Origin: Candidatus Delongbacteria bacterium
Lineage (GTDB): Bacteria > CAIWAD01
Direction of reading: 5' to 3'
Assembly: GCA_963663545.1 (NCBI GenBank)
Contig: OY760505.1
Location: 704,001-768,000, forward strand
DNA: 64,000 nucleotides
Shown: positions 20,025-29,588 of the stretch, one piece after another
Position numbering within the stretch: position 1 is the stretch's first letter
How the letters are laid out: the number at the start of each line of letters is the position of its first letter
Notes under the pieces: model-generated
What the model was told of the DNA's origin: nothing
Database searches by the model: none
Seen by the model: the letters and a program-made list of their open reading frames with translations, nothing else
Translations under genes and position numbers: made by a program

Positions 20025-20738
20025 TCAGCGAACGAGTACAAGCCTGCGCGATGCCACCTGTTGCCCGCCCTGAAGTCGACACAGATACATGCCGCTGGGC
20101 CAGTTATCCATATTCACGTGCGCGCTGTGTACACCTGCGTCCTGTAAGCCCTCGTGAATCACACTCATGAGCCGGCCCTGCAGGTCATACACCGCCAGCC
20201 GAATGTGTTCGGTTGCTGCAAGCGAGTACTCCAGGATAGTGCTCCCATTGCTGGGATTTGGGCGAGCAGTGGCCAAGTAGAAGGGAACTGGTGTTTCCTC
20301 CGCAGCTGCACTTTCGGCATGGCACCCCTCAGAATACAAGTCCCGAATTGGGGGCAAGATCTGGAAATCAGCCTCAGGATCGATAAGCACAGGGGGGTCA
20401 AGGACGTACTCAAACTCAAAGGCGTAGTCGTCGCCTCGATATACGATGTAAAAGAAAAGGCCAAGCACGTACCCGTAATTCCGCTCGAGGTTATCGAATA
20501 CATAATTACTGTATGTGAGTGCATCGCAAGAACCCGACTCATACCCTGTGTATCTCTGGTCGATGCCGAAGTGATCCACCTGGATCTGCGCGATCGCTTC
20601 ATAATCATCCTCCTGTAGATACCGGAAGCAGTCCATTGCCATAAGCGATCCCGTATCCACATACCATGTGAGATAGACGGCATATGCACTGGGGCCGGAC
20701 AGCAATAAACCTAGCAGACAGAAACACAGCGCCTTCAT
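20025..20738 (-). CDS. Array paralog 5 (most diverged)
   Basis: Start MKALCF with GAGG RBS; C-domain ARPNPSNG...DNWPSGMYLC. Confidence 0.8.
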   Translation of the reverse strand: MKALCFCLLGLLLSGPSAYAVYLTWYVDTGSLMAMDCFRYLQEDDYEAIAQIQVDHFGIDQRYTGYESGSCDALTYSNYVFDNLERNYGYVLGLFFYIVYRGDDYAFEFEYVLDPPVLIDPEADFQILPPIRDLYSEGCHAESAAAEETPVPFYLATARPNPSNGSTILEYSLAATEHIRLAVYDLQGRLMSVIHEGLQDAGVHSAHVNMDNWPSGMYLCRLQGGQQVASRRLVLVR

Positions 20739-21014
20739 TGTTTGCCTCGTAGTGATGTTGGAATACAGAAATGAGCCACAGTCGCCGACGTTGCCTGAGC
20801 GGTGAAAGAAGTGCTTGATGAGTGTCCCGGTGTGATTCGTGCCCTTCGCCCGACCGTCAGTGTGGGACTCCCCGATCAGAAGATCAATGCAAAAAAAGCC
20901 CTCAGAAGGAAAGCAATCGCTCGGATTCAAAAAGAAGACTTCGCACGACAATAGGTGGGCAACCCGCTTTGCATTTACCACCTTCGGCCAAGGTCTCAAA
21001 GCTGTGGAACTGCC

Positions 21015-23624
21015 GTGAAACACTTCATTCTTGCTCTCTTGCTGACAATGACGGCCCAGGCTGTCACGATTCATGACATCCAATACACCACCAATGCGGG
21101 AGGCGGAACCTATCCCTCACCGCTGGTGGGACAATCGGTAACCTTCACCGGTGTGGTGACGGCAACCGGCTATTACGACACGCGCTACTTCGTCGAGGAC
21201 GTGGCCGGCGGTGCCTGGTCCGGCGTACTGGTCTGGGACAGCAGCACGCAGCCCGATGTGGGTGACCTACTGCAGATTACGGGCGAAGTCTACGAGTACT
21301 CCGGTCACACGGAGATTTCCCCCGTGACACAAGTGCAAGTGCTGGCAACCGGCCAGGCCCTGCCTGCGGCGGTTGAGATCAGCACCGGCGACCTGGACGA
21401 GGGGGAGGCTTGGGAAGGCGTGCTGGTGCGCTTCAATAATGTGAGCGTGACACAAGCGCCCAATTCCTACAACGAGTGGTATGTGTCCGATGGCAGCGGT
21501 GCCTGCCAGGTGGATGATGCTATTCTGGCGCTGGAAGAAAGCGGGCTGGATCCCGCCACGGGCGACAGTTTCAGCATGCTTCGCGGCATTGTCGACTACC
21601 AGTACAGCGTTCACGCGCTTAACCCGCGTACTACACTGGACTGGACCCTTGCCGGTGCAGCGCTTTCCTTGACGGCCCACGATCTGGAATGGGAAGTAGG
21701 GACAAGCGATGTGTGCCAGCTGCAAACGCGCGAGTTGGACCCGAGCGACGCCGTTGACTCCTACACCCTCGAGTTCACTCTGCCAGCTGGTCTCGTGGGC
21801 ACGCCAGTTCTGAGTAGTACGGGAACACTTTCTGCTGGCGGTAGTCTGAGCCTGCAATCGACGGGCAGCAATTCCTGGCGTATCACGGCTTCCTTTGGTG
21901 CGGCACTGACGGGATCAGATCCGCTGATCGGCATCGAGCTCAGTGGCCTTGAAATCGGTACGGGCACTTTCGACCTGACCGCGGCTACGCTGGGTGATAC
22001 TTCTGTGTCACAATTGGTGGATGGCGCACTGAGTGTCACAGCGGCACCGCCTGCCATTGGTGATACACTGACGCTGATCATGAAGCCGCTGTTGAACATT
22101 CCGCAAATCTGCACACCGGGCGAGAGCTTTACCTGTCTGGCCGACGCTGCTACTAGTGCCACGGGCTGGAATGCGGCCATTCTTCGCGAAGGACTGCGGC
22201 AGGAGTTGAGTGTCGAGAGCGCCGTTTACCAGTTTGGCGTTGGCTGGTGGGAACTGGCTCTGCGGCTGGATTCACCGCAATGGTACGGCCTGGCCGATCT
22301 CGAGTTGAGTGTCACGGGTGAGCCCACTGACACGACCTGGCACGCCGTCCAGATTCTTCCGGATCTGCCGGATGAGTTCTACATCGCCCAGGTTACCGAT
22401 ACCCACCTGCCCACCTCGATGTATTACACAGAGGAAGGTGCGCTGCAGGACAGTTCCTCCGTTGAGGATCTGCGCGCGGTCTTCGAAGACCTGGCCATCA
22501 TCAACCCGGCCTTTCTGTTGCACACCGGCGACCTGATTCACGAGGGCGAGCTGGAAGACTTCCTGCAGGCCCGCTACTACACACGTGCGCAGCGTCTGCT
22601 GGCCGAATGCGAAGTACCCGTGTATCTGGTGGCAGGTAATCACGACCTGGGCGGCTGGGATGAGACTCCACCCGAGGACGGCACCAGCCGCCGCGACTGG
22701 TGGCGTTTCTTTGGCTGGAAACATCTGGACAATCCGCCTGCGCAGGAACCGTGGTACACGCAGAACTATAGTTTTGACTACGGTCCGCTGCATCTGACGG
22801 GCATGGAAGCCTACGATAACTACGACGAGTGGCGCTACAGCATTTACGGTGCCACCAGTTTTACCAGTGGACAGCTGAACTGGCTGGACCAGGATCTGCA
22901 AGCGGCCGATCCGGCCTTGACAAAGGTGCTCTTTTACCACTACGATTTCGCCGATCAGCTCAATCTCGCGTCGCTTGGAGTCCAACTTGCCCTGTGGGGC
23001 CACATTCACAGTAACTCGGGCAGCATCGGCAGTGCGCCCTATGACCTGGCCACCGCGTGTTGCACAAACGGCAACAAAGCCTTCCGCCTGATTCGTGTGA
23101 CACAGAGCGGAATTCAGCCTCTTGCCACCAGCTATGCGACCACAAGCCAGCTGCGTCTCACCGTATCACCGGCCAACGACGGAAGCTGCGACAGCGTGCG
23201 CGTCAGCGTGTCCAACAACTACGACCTGGACTTTCCCGAGGCCATGATTCGCCTGCGGCTGCAGCCGGGACTGAGTACGGTGGAAACGAGCACGGGCAGT
23301 ATTCAGCAGATTCTGCAGGTCGACGGTGCCACACTGGTGGAGCTGAGTCTGCCGCTGACCGCCGGTGCCGGACGGAACGCTACCGTCGTCGGTCATGCAT
23401 TGGCGCTGGAAGCACCAGATCTATGTATCACGGCACTGTCAGGTGTAGTTCAATTGCAGTGGGCGGAAGTCTCCGGCGCTGAAGCTTATCGCGTAGAAGC
23501 AGCCCCGTCAATGCTTGGTCCTTGGAGCGATGTGACACAACAGGGAGTGTTCGTTGGAGCCACATGGTACGGCGCTATGTCAGCTGGATGTGAGTGCTTC
23601 CGCGTGATCGCGACCGCGCCCTGA
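21015..23624 (+). CDS. Secreted OB-fold + metallophosphoesterase protein
   Basis: TDTH, TGDL, GNHD and WGHIH calcineurin-like motifs; N-terminal TIHDIQY...SPLVGQSVTFTGVVTA; GTG start. Confidence 0.85.
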   Translation: MKHFILALLLTMTAQAVTIHDIQYTTNAGGGTYPSPLVGQSVTFTGVVTATGYYDTRYFVEDVAGGAWSGVLVWDSSTQPDVGDLLQITGEVYEYSGHTEISPVTQVQVLATGQALPAAVEISTGDLDEGEAWEGVLVRFNNVSVTQAPNSYNEWYVSDGSGACQVDDAILALEESGLDPATGDSFSMLRGIVDYQYSVHALNPRTTLDWTLAGAALSLTAHDLEWEVGTSDVCQLQTRELDPSDAVDSYTLEFTLPAGLVGTPVLSSTGTLSAGGSLSLQSTGSNSWRITASFGAALTGSDPLIGIELSGLEIGTGTFDLTAATLGDTSVSQLVDGALSVTAAPPAIGDTLTLIMKPLLNIPQICTPGESFTCLADAATSATGWNAAILREGLRQELSVESAVYQFGVGWWELALRLDSPQWYGLADLELSVTGEPTDTTWHAVQILPDLPDEFYIAQVTDTHLPTSMYYTEEGALQDSSSVEDLRAVFEDLAIINPAFLLHTGDLIHEGELEDFLQARYYTRAQRLLAECEVPVYLVAGNHDLGGWDETPPEDGTSRRDWWRFFGWKHLDNPPAQEPWYTQNYSFDYGPLHLTGMEAYDNYDEWRYSIYGATSFTSGQLNWLDQDLQAADPALTKVLFYHYDFADQLNLASLGVQLALWGHIHSNSGSIGSAPYDLATACCTNGNKAFRLIRVTQSGIQPLATSYATTSQLRLTVSPANDGSCDSVRVSVSNNYDLDFPEAMIRLRLQPGLSTVETSTGSIQQILQVDGATLVELSLPLTAGAGRNATVVGHALALEAPDLCITALSGVVQLQWAEVSGAEAYRVEAAPSMLGPWSDVTQQGVFVGATWYGAMSAGCECFRVIATAP

Positions 23625-24767
23625 TCAGTTGGCGGCGGGGACTGGATTCAGCCAGGGCGCGAGCCCCTGTTCCTGCAACTCAGAATATGTGGGAAGGCCA
23701 TCCATCTGGATGGTCTTTTCCATTTGCAGCATGGCAAGCGCGTTGCTGAGTTCAACCAGCCCGGCGATGTGACGCCCGACGCGCTGAGACATGGGCACCC
23801 CCTCTTCTCCAACGGGTGCCTTATTGTAGCCCGCAGCCTGCGCACGCAGATAGCACTCGTCCTTGCCCGTAACCACCAGCGCTTCATCGGTACGACCGCG
23901 CAGCCGTCCCTGGCTGGGATTGGCGCTCTCCATCAGCAGAGCATAGAGTTGCGGAAACTTGTCGCCTAACTCGCGATGTGACAGACCGTGCAGATTCTTC
24001 GGCGAGGGCTCCAGCGCAAAGGTCAACCCGCTGAACTCCAGGCCGAAGGTGGCCGTTGCCGCCAGATCCGCCGCATGCTCGTGTGTCACAATCGCGTTGA
24101 TCACCGGGTATTCCGGCGAAGACTCGTGCAGGTCCACCACCATGTCCACGCCTTCCTGCTCGATCAATTGACAAATGGCGTACGCGACCTGCTCTGTGCG
24201 ACAACCCTTCTCGCGCCCCGGATAACAGCGGTTCAGATTGCGCACTTCATTGCCCGCCAACTGCTGCCCACTGGGATGATGAATGGTGATCTCCGGGTCA
24301 GGCCACTGGTCCAGCGAATTCGTCATGCGTGAACCCATGCGGAAGCGTCGCTTGTTGCCCTCCCTGTCCGGCAGATGAAAAATGGCCGGGTGAGCCTCCT
24401 GCGGCTCCGTGGCGGTGTAGGCCGATGCGTTGGCCTGCGGTATCACAATCACCTTGCCCTGTGACACACGCAGGTTTTCAACCAGCAGAATGGCCGTCAT
24501 CAGACCTGCAGGTTCGTTGGCGTGAGTGCCCCCCAGCACCAACATGCAGCCTCCGTCCTGCCCACTGTCGAAAATGTAGACACGGCTATCGGAGCGTGTA
24601 TCACGCAGCCCATCGAACCAGTGCGAGAGACGCATAGCCTCGCTTAAGCCTTGCGAAGGCACAATGGGCTCTTCGATACGCTGTGCGAGAAAGTCGCGAG
24701 CACAAAGGGCGCACACCAACAGTACGAGCAAGAGCAGCAGGAAGCGAAGCTGAAAGACCTTGCGCAT
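23625..24767 (-). CDS. Succinylglutamate desuccinylase/aspartoacylase (M14-like) family protein, exported
   Basis: GGTHANEPAG, RNLNR and DLHE motifs; N-terminal hydrophobic segment. Confidence 0.85.
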   Translation of the reverse strand: MRKVFQLRFLLLLLVLLVCALCARDFLAQRIEEPIVPSQGLSEAMRLSHWFDGLRDTRSDSRVYIFDSGQDGGCMLVLGGTHANEPAGLMTAILLVENLRVSQGKVIVIPQANASAYTATEPQEAHPAIFHLPDREGNKRRFRMGSRMTNSLDQWPDPEITIHHPSGQQLAGNEVRNLNRCYPGREKGCRTEQVAYAICQLIEQEGVDMVVDLHESSPEYPVINAIVTHEHAADLAATATFGLEFSGLTFALEPSPKNLHGLSHRELGDKFPQLYALLMESANPSQGRLRGRTDEALVVTGKDECYLRAQAAGYNKAPVGEEGVPMSQRVGRHIAGLVELSNALAMLQMEKTIQMDGLPTYSELQEQGLAPWLNPVPAAN

Positions 24768-24780
24768 GGTTCCCGAATCC

Positions 24781-24927
24781 TCACTTGATCAGAAAGACGC
24801 GTAGCAAAAAGGGGATCAGCACGAGGGCCGCCGTCCACTGCTCGCGCCACTTGCGGTCGTGATCCATCAGCTCACGCAGAATCAGCAACGCGCACCCCAG
24901 CGCCAGTAGCCAGTAGATCCAGAACAC
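24781..24927 (-). CDS. Small two-helix membrane protein (48 aa)
   Basis: GTG start with AGGAG RBS; ends AALVLIPFLLRVFLIK; fills the operon gap. Confidence 0.7.
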   Translation of the reverse strand: MFWIYWLLALGCALLILRELMDHDRKWREQWTAALVLIPFLLRVFLIK

Positions 24928-24935
24928 AACTTCTC

Positions 24936-26231
24936 CTATCGCACGAAGGCGGCTTGGAACCATTGCGCACCGACGATGAGCGCCAGGCCCCAAAGGGCCA
25001 TCAGCAGCGCCGGCAACAGGCAATGGCGTAATACACGGAAGTAGTTGTCTTCGCCGACAACCTGTGCGGCAAAGATGCCCGATAGCGCGGTGGGTGGCAT
25101 CAGGTCTCCCAGCGCGGCCATCATGGACAAACCTGCCGCCACCCAGATTTCCGGCAGTCCCAACAAGGCCAGCAAAAAGGGCACGCCCAGCACGCTCGCG
25201 CTGCCAAAAGCGCTGACCGCGCCGAAAAGCGGCATACTAACGGCAATGCTGACGAAGACCAGCCAGTGGGGCAGTTCCAGGCAGCTCAAGACCAGCTCCC
25301 CGCGCATGCCCGTTAGCGTCATGATTTGAATAAAGCAGCCGACGCCCACCAGGATGCCCATTACCGGCAGCGCCTGCTGAATCGCCTGTCTGGCAATGTG
25401 AAGCGGCGACCAGGCTTCACCACCGACGCGCGCCAGCAAACTGCCCAGCACGAAAATCAGCGGTAGTCCTAGACTGGGAAGCACTCCCGGCCAAAGGCGC
25501 GGCCCCGCCATCAATACCAGAACCAGCAACAGCGGCGGCAACAAACGCCAGCCGTGCCTGCGCCAGGCGCAATCATCGAGAGTGGCCAACGCCGCCTGGA
25601 AATCCCCCTTGCGCAGCGGCCCCCAGGCCAGCAGCAGCGCACAAATCACCAGCAGCGGCAGACTGAGAATCGTCAGCGGCAGCCCGAAGCCCAGGTAGGG
25701 CATGTCTACGCCACCGCCGATGATCATCACCGGCAGGTTGACGGGAGGAGCTACCATGCCCAGGATGGCTGCAATGGCAATGAATGCGCCTGTGCGCTGC
25801 TTGGACAGCCCCATGCGCATCAACGGTCCGGCGACGATGGCACCTGTAGTCAGCACGCTGGCAGTAGTCAGGCCGGTCAGCAGGCCGGGAAAGGCCACAA
25901 AGGCCGCCAGCAGAATGGAAAGCAGCGCCGGGCGTTTACCCAGACCGCGCAGAATCAGCCAGGACAGGGCGCTGAGCAAGCCGCTGGCCTCGATGCTCTT
26001 CATGAAGAGCAACGCGCTGGCCATGATCAGCATGGGATCGAGGTAGACGAAGGCGCCCTCGACCAGGTGACGTAAGAGCCCCTCGCCGATGTGCGCCGAC
26101 CAAAGGGGAAGGCCGGAAAGCAACCCGCCCAGCAGCGCGGATGCCGCCAGCGCCAAGCCCACCGGCCATTTCCAACGGAAGTTCAGCAGTGCGAAAACGG
26201 CCACCATCAGGGCCAGCAGCAGCATGTTCAT
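24936..26231 (-). CDS. IT-superfamily (TRAP DctM/GntP-like) permease
   Basis: About 12 TM segments; GMVAPPVN and GDLMPPTA helical-hairpin motifs. Confidence 0.8.
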   Translation of the reverse strand: MNMLLLALMVAVFALLNFRWKWPVGLALAASALLGGLLSGLPLWSAHIGEGLLRHLVEGAFVYLDPMLIMASALLFMKSIEASGLLSALSWLILRGLGKRPALLSILLAAFVAFPGLLTGLTTASVLTTGAIVAGPLMRMGLSKQRTGAFIAIAAILGMVAPPVNLPVMIIGGGVDMPYLGFGLPLTILSLPLLVICALLLAWGPLRKGDFQAALATLDDCAWRRHGWRLLPPLLLVLVLMAGPRLWPGVLPSLGLPLIFVLGSLLARVGGEAWSPLHIARQAIQQALPVMGILVGVGCFIQIMTLTGMRGELVLSCLELPHWLVFVSIAVSMPLFGAVSAFGSASVLGVPFLLALLGLPEIWVAAGLSMMAALGDLMPPTALSGIFAAQVVGEDNYFRVLRHCLLPALLMALWGLALIVGAQWFQAAFVR

Positions 26232-26241
26232 CGAAGGGGCC

Positions 26242-27231
26242 TCATTGAATCAGATCCTCAGCGTCCTCATCGGGCTGGGGCAGCTGGCCGTGGCAGTCGA
26301 CCACAAGATCTGCTGGAGTGCGTGCCTCCTGTGGCGGAGTCGGCAAACCCCAGCTCTGTGCCAGTCGCACGATGTCGAGGAAGTGTAACACAGGCATGCC
26401 GTGGGAGAAGTAGTACTCCAGTAGCCCGCGTGTGCCCTCGTCTTCGCCCTTGAGGGCGTCCAGCAGCAGCCACTCGTTCTCGCCCAGCAGGCCTCCACGG
26501 GCGCGACGTCCGAAGCCATTGCTGCCGACGGCGGCATGTCCGCCTCCCACATTGATGTAGAGTGAAAGCGTGCCCAGCTCTCCCAGCACGTGCCGGCGCA
26601 ACTGGACCGCCTGACGTAGGTGTACAGGCTGGTAACTGCCCGGATACTTGCGCAATTCATCGTCCACGTGCATGCGGTCTTCAAGAAAGAAGCCGCTGCA
26701 GCGGTCGCTGGTGCCTCCTGGCGTGATACAAACCGATCCTTGCTCGAGGATACCACGCTCGCGCAGAATACTTTCGATGGCTGGCCAGGAAAAGCCCTCC
26801 AGATTGGCGCCATAGCTCGACGCTCCCAGACTGGCCACGGATCGATAGGGAATGTGTGCCGCTTCGAGTGTGAGCAAGACAGCCAGATTGATGCCGGGAA
26901 AGGAACCCGACATGGTGACGCCAACTGTATCACGCTCGGTGATACCGACAGAATCCAGCAGACAGGCAATCGCCCGACACCAGCCGCTCTGGGCCGCCGT
27001 CTGTTTGGCATTCAGGTCGCCGAGGGTAGTGGTCCAGGGGCCTTCTTCTCCGCCGATCAGTCCGGTAAGTGCAGGATCATGTCCGACATCCCAGTTACCC
27101 GCCGCACGGCGCAAACTCAGAATCACTCCGCTGGCCTTGTACCAATGGAGCTCCGCCTGTCGCACCTGAGCGGGCGTGACAGCGTGTGATACACTGTGAC
27201 ACATCAGCAGAAATAGAAGGAAACGCAGCAA
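26242..27231 (-). CDS. pgsW: Poly-gamma-glutamate system protein
   Basis: TGLIG, TTTLGDLNAKQT, SGSFPG, SLGASSYGAN and YINVGG motifs typical of PgsW. Confidence 0.8.
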   Translation of the reverse strand: MLRFLLFLLMCHSVSHAVTPAQVRQAELHWYKASGVILSLRRAAGNWDVGHDPALTGLIGGEEGPWTTTLGDLNAKQTAAQSGWCRAIACLLDSVGITERDTVGVTMSGSFPGINLAVLLTLEAAHIPYRSVASLGASSYGANLEGFSWPAIESILRERGILEQGSVCITPGGTSDRCSGFFLEDRMHVDDELRKYPGSYQPVHLRQAVQLRRHVLGELGTLSLYINVGGGHAAVGSNGFGRRARGGLLGENEWLLLDALKGEDEGTRGLLEYYFSHGMPVLHFLDIVRLAQSWGLPTPPQEARTPADLVVDCHGQLPQPDEDAEDLIQ

Positions 27232-27233
27232 AC

Positions 27234-28931
27234 CTAGCGCTCCTTGTAGACGGCGATTCCGTTACGACGCGGATCCGCGCCACCTACCAGTCGCCCGTCG
27301 CGCAGACGCTGAATACCGTGGGCACCGCCGAAGTAGCGGTCGTAGGGCCCTAGAGCGTAGGGACGGTAGCCGATGTCTTCAAGACCAGCCATGGTCTCAG
27401 CGCGGAAACGCGGCTCCAGCACAAGCGTGGCACCAATGGGATACACGCGCGGCGCATCCACGGCCGCCTGCAGGTTCTGCCCCAGGTCCAGATGATTGAT
27501 CAGAATCTGTGATACAGCCGCAGGAATGCGAATGCCACCCGGCGTTCCCAGGCAGAGGACGGGTTCATTACCGCGCAGCAGAATCATGGGAGCCATGCTG
27601 CTGCGTGGGCGCTTGCCCGGCACGGGCAGATTCAGACTTCCTTCCTCGAAAGTGAAGTCGTCCATCTGGTTGTTCAGCAGAAAGCCGTTTACCACGAGTC
27701 CCGTGCCGAAGAAGTGATTGATGGACTGCGTGAGACTGATCACCATGCCATTGGCATCCCACACGCTCAGGTGAGTTGTGTTACCGTGATCCATCGGCGG
27801 AAACATGGGCTGACTGCCCAGCGGAGCCCAGCTGTGATGGATGGCATCCAGATGGATCTGGGACAACCACTGCTGGGCCATCTCCTTGTCCAGCAAGCTG
27901 TCGATGACCGCGTCGTAACTCTGCCGCATGGGATCGGCCACTCGCTTGCCCCGGTCCCGCATCGCCTTCTTCATCGCCTCGCAGAAGAGGTGCACGCGCT
28001 CGGCCTCCGTGTACGAAGTCAGGTCAAGCGGTTCGAGGATGTTGAGGGTTTCCATGACGGCCAAGGCACCCGTTGCCGGTGGCGGCGGACCCACCAGCGT
28101 CAGATCGTGATACGTGGATTTGATGGGCTCGCGTATCACGGCCTCGTAGGTCAGCACATCCTCTGGTGTGATCCAACCCTCGGCGCGGCGCACGGTCTCG
28201 GAGATTTTGTCCGCAAGCAAAATGTAGAAGTAGTCCAGGCCGGAATCCGCCAGCGTGCGATACAGCGCGCCCAACTCGGGATTGTAAAGTGTATCACCAA
28301 CCATGGGCGGAAAACCATCCTTGAGGAAGAGCGGATTCAACACGGGATCTTCCATCATGGCGCCCGCGCGCTCCTGAATGAGCTCCGACAAATCCTGGCT
28401 GACGGGATAGCCGTTCTCTGCCAGCTTGATGGCGGGAGCCAGTAGACGCGGTAATTCCAGGCTGCCGTAGCGCTGCCAGAGCATGGCCAGGCCCATGGGC
28501 GTGCCGGGAACGGCCACAGCAGTGCCCTTGCTGGTGCTGGCCAGATGCAGCGTGTCAGCGGGATCAAAGAAGACATCCACGTTCACGCCCTGGGGCGCCG
28601 TCTCACGGAAGTCAATGACCACGTCGCCGTTTTCGTCGTGTACCAGCGCAAAACCGCCACCGCCCAGGCCCGAAGCGTGGGGCTCAACGACGTTGAGTAC
28701 GGCCAGCGCACAGACAGCGGCGTCGGCGGCGTTACCGCCTTCGGCCAGCACATCTGCGCCCGCCTGCGCAGCCAGCGGATGGGCAGCAACAATCATCGAG
28801 CCTTGCAGGGGATCCAGCTCGTAGACCGTATCATCGTGTACGGCGGCGGGTTTGGGACGACATGCGCTTAGGGTGAAGCCGGTCAGCAGGGCAAGGCACA
28901 GCAGCAGGTTCAGGCTGGTGCGGGTCTTCAT
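27234..28931 (-). CDS. ggt: Gamma-glutamyltransferase (lipoprotein)
   Basis: GGNAADAA, SGLGGGGF, IDFRE, autoprocessing TTHLS, NNQMDDF, KRPRSSMAP, GGADPRR; lipobox LSAC. Confidence 0.95.
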   Translation of the reverse strand: MKTRTSLNLLLCLALLTGFTLSACRPKPAAVHDDTVYELDPLQGSMIVAAHPLAAQAGADVLAEGGNAADAAVCALAVLNVVEPHASGLGGGGFALVHDENGDVVIDFRETAPQGVNVDVFFDPADTLHLASTSKGTAVAVPGTPMGLAMLWQRYGSLELPRLLAPAIKLAENGYPVSQDLSELIQERAGAMMEDPVLNPLFLKDGFPPMVGDTLYNPELGALYRTLADSGLDYFYILLADKISETVRRAEGWITPEDVLTYEAVIREPIKSTYHDLTLVGPPPPATGALAVMETLNILEPLDLTSYTEAERVHLFCEAMKKAMRDRGKRVADPMRQSYDAVIDSLLDKEMAQQWLSQIHLDAIHHSWAPLGSQPMFPPMDHGNTTHLSVWDANGMVISLTQSINHFFGTGLVVNGFLLNNQMDDFTFEEGSLNLPVPGKRPRSSMAPMILLRGNEPVLCLGTPGGIRIPAAVSQILINHLDLGQNLQAAVDAPRVYPIGATLVLEPRFRAETMAGLEDIGYRPYALGPYDRYFGGAHGIQRLRDGRLVGGADPRRNGIAVYKER

Positions 28932-29009
28932 CTGGCACTCCTTGGTGGCTTTGCTTTTGCAAGCCTACAGTGTAGCACTTGAAAGGCGTCCGATGTAGGG
29001 CTTGAGCAG

Positions 29010-29121
29010 CTATGGCAGTAGTAGAAGGCGAAACGGGGAACCTACGGCCTCGAGTTGAGTTTGTGGGCAACCCTCTCCTTGATTCCCGTCAGTGGGCCTC
29101 GCAGATCCTGCGGGGCTCACT
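29010..29121 (+). ncRNA. Possible degenerate c-di-AMP (ydaO/yuaA)-like structured RNA
   Basis: ACGGGGAACC, TCGAG/CTTGA pairing, CCCGTCAG and CCTCGCAG in ydaO order; 5' part unclear. Confidence 0.3.
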
Positions 29122-29249
29122 CATATTGGGAGGTGCGGCAGCCGACTCATGGGAATCTCACATTTTTCGCGGCAGCTCTTGATTATGAGCCGAAATCCCC
29201 TATCTTGTTGGGCCTGTCGCTGGTTGCAATTGTACTGGCGATGGTTGAT

Positions 29250-29323
<74 letters not shown>

Positions 29324-29325
29324 TG

Positions 29326-29387
29326 CCTACTTGGCAAAAGAGAAAAGAGCCCCGCGAATGCGGGGCTTTTTCTTTTTGCCAAGTAGG
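29326..29387 (+). terminator. Long hairpin/terminator after the tRNA
   Basis: CCTACTTGGCAAAAGAGAAAAGAGCCCCGC-GAAT-GCGGGGCTTTTTCTTTTTGCCAAGTAGG. Confidence 0.75.
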
Positions 29388-29588
29388 TTGGTCGAAGCTG
29401 CGCTTCGACGCTTGCTGCGTAGCCCACACGAAGAGTATGCTATCCAGAAAGTGGAGAATGCGGGAAGGTGGCGTTTTGCGACACCGCGCATTTCTAATGC
29501 GACGCATTCTCCTGAGCATTTCGCTCAGCGGAATGCGCGGGCTTCTTTCTTTTTGCCAAGTAGGTTGGTCGAAGCTGCGCTTCGACGC
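29369..29588. repeat. Perfect 43-bp direct repeat (29369-29411 and 29546-29588)
   Basis: TTTCTTTTTGCCAAGTAGGTTGGTCGAAGCTGCGCTTCGACGC occurs twice, 177 bp apart. Confidence 0.95.

Noticed and set aside
16632..20738. Diversity-generating retroelement template/variable repeats
   Set aside because: No reverse transcriptase in the window, differences are not adenine-specific, and the repeats are the conserved coding parts.
20739..21083. Long N-terminal extensions in the ORF track (also 44582-44881, 16486-16602, 50255-50389)
   Set aside because: They overlap divergent genes or promoters; downstream starts fit better (RBS, signal peptide or family N-terminus).
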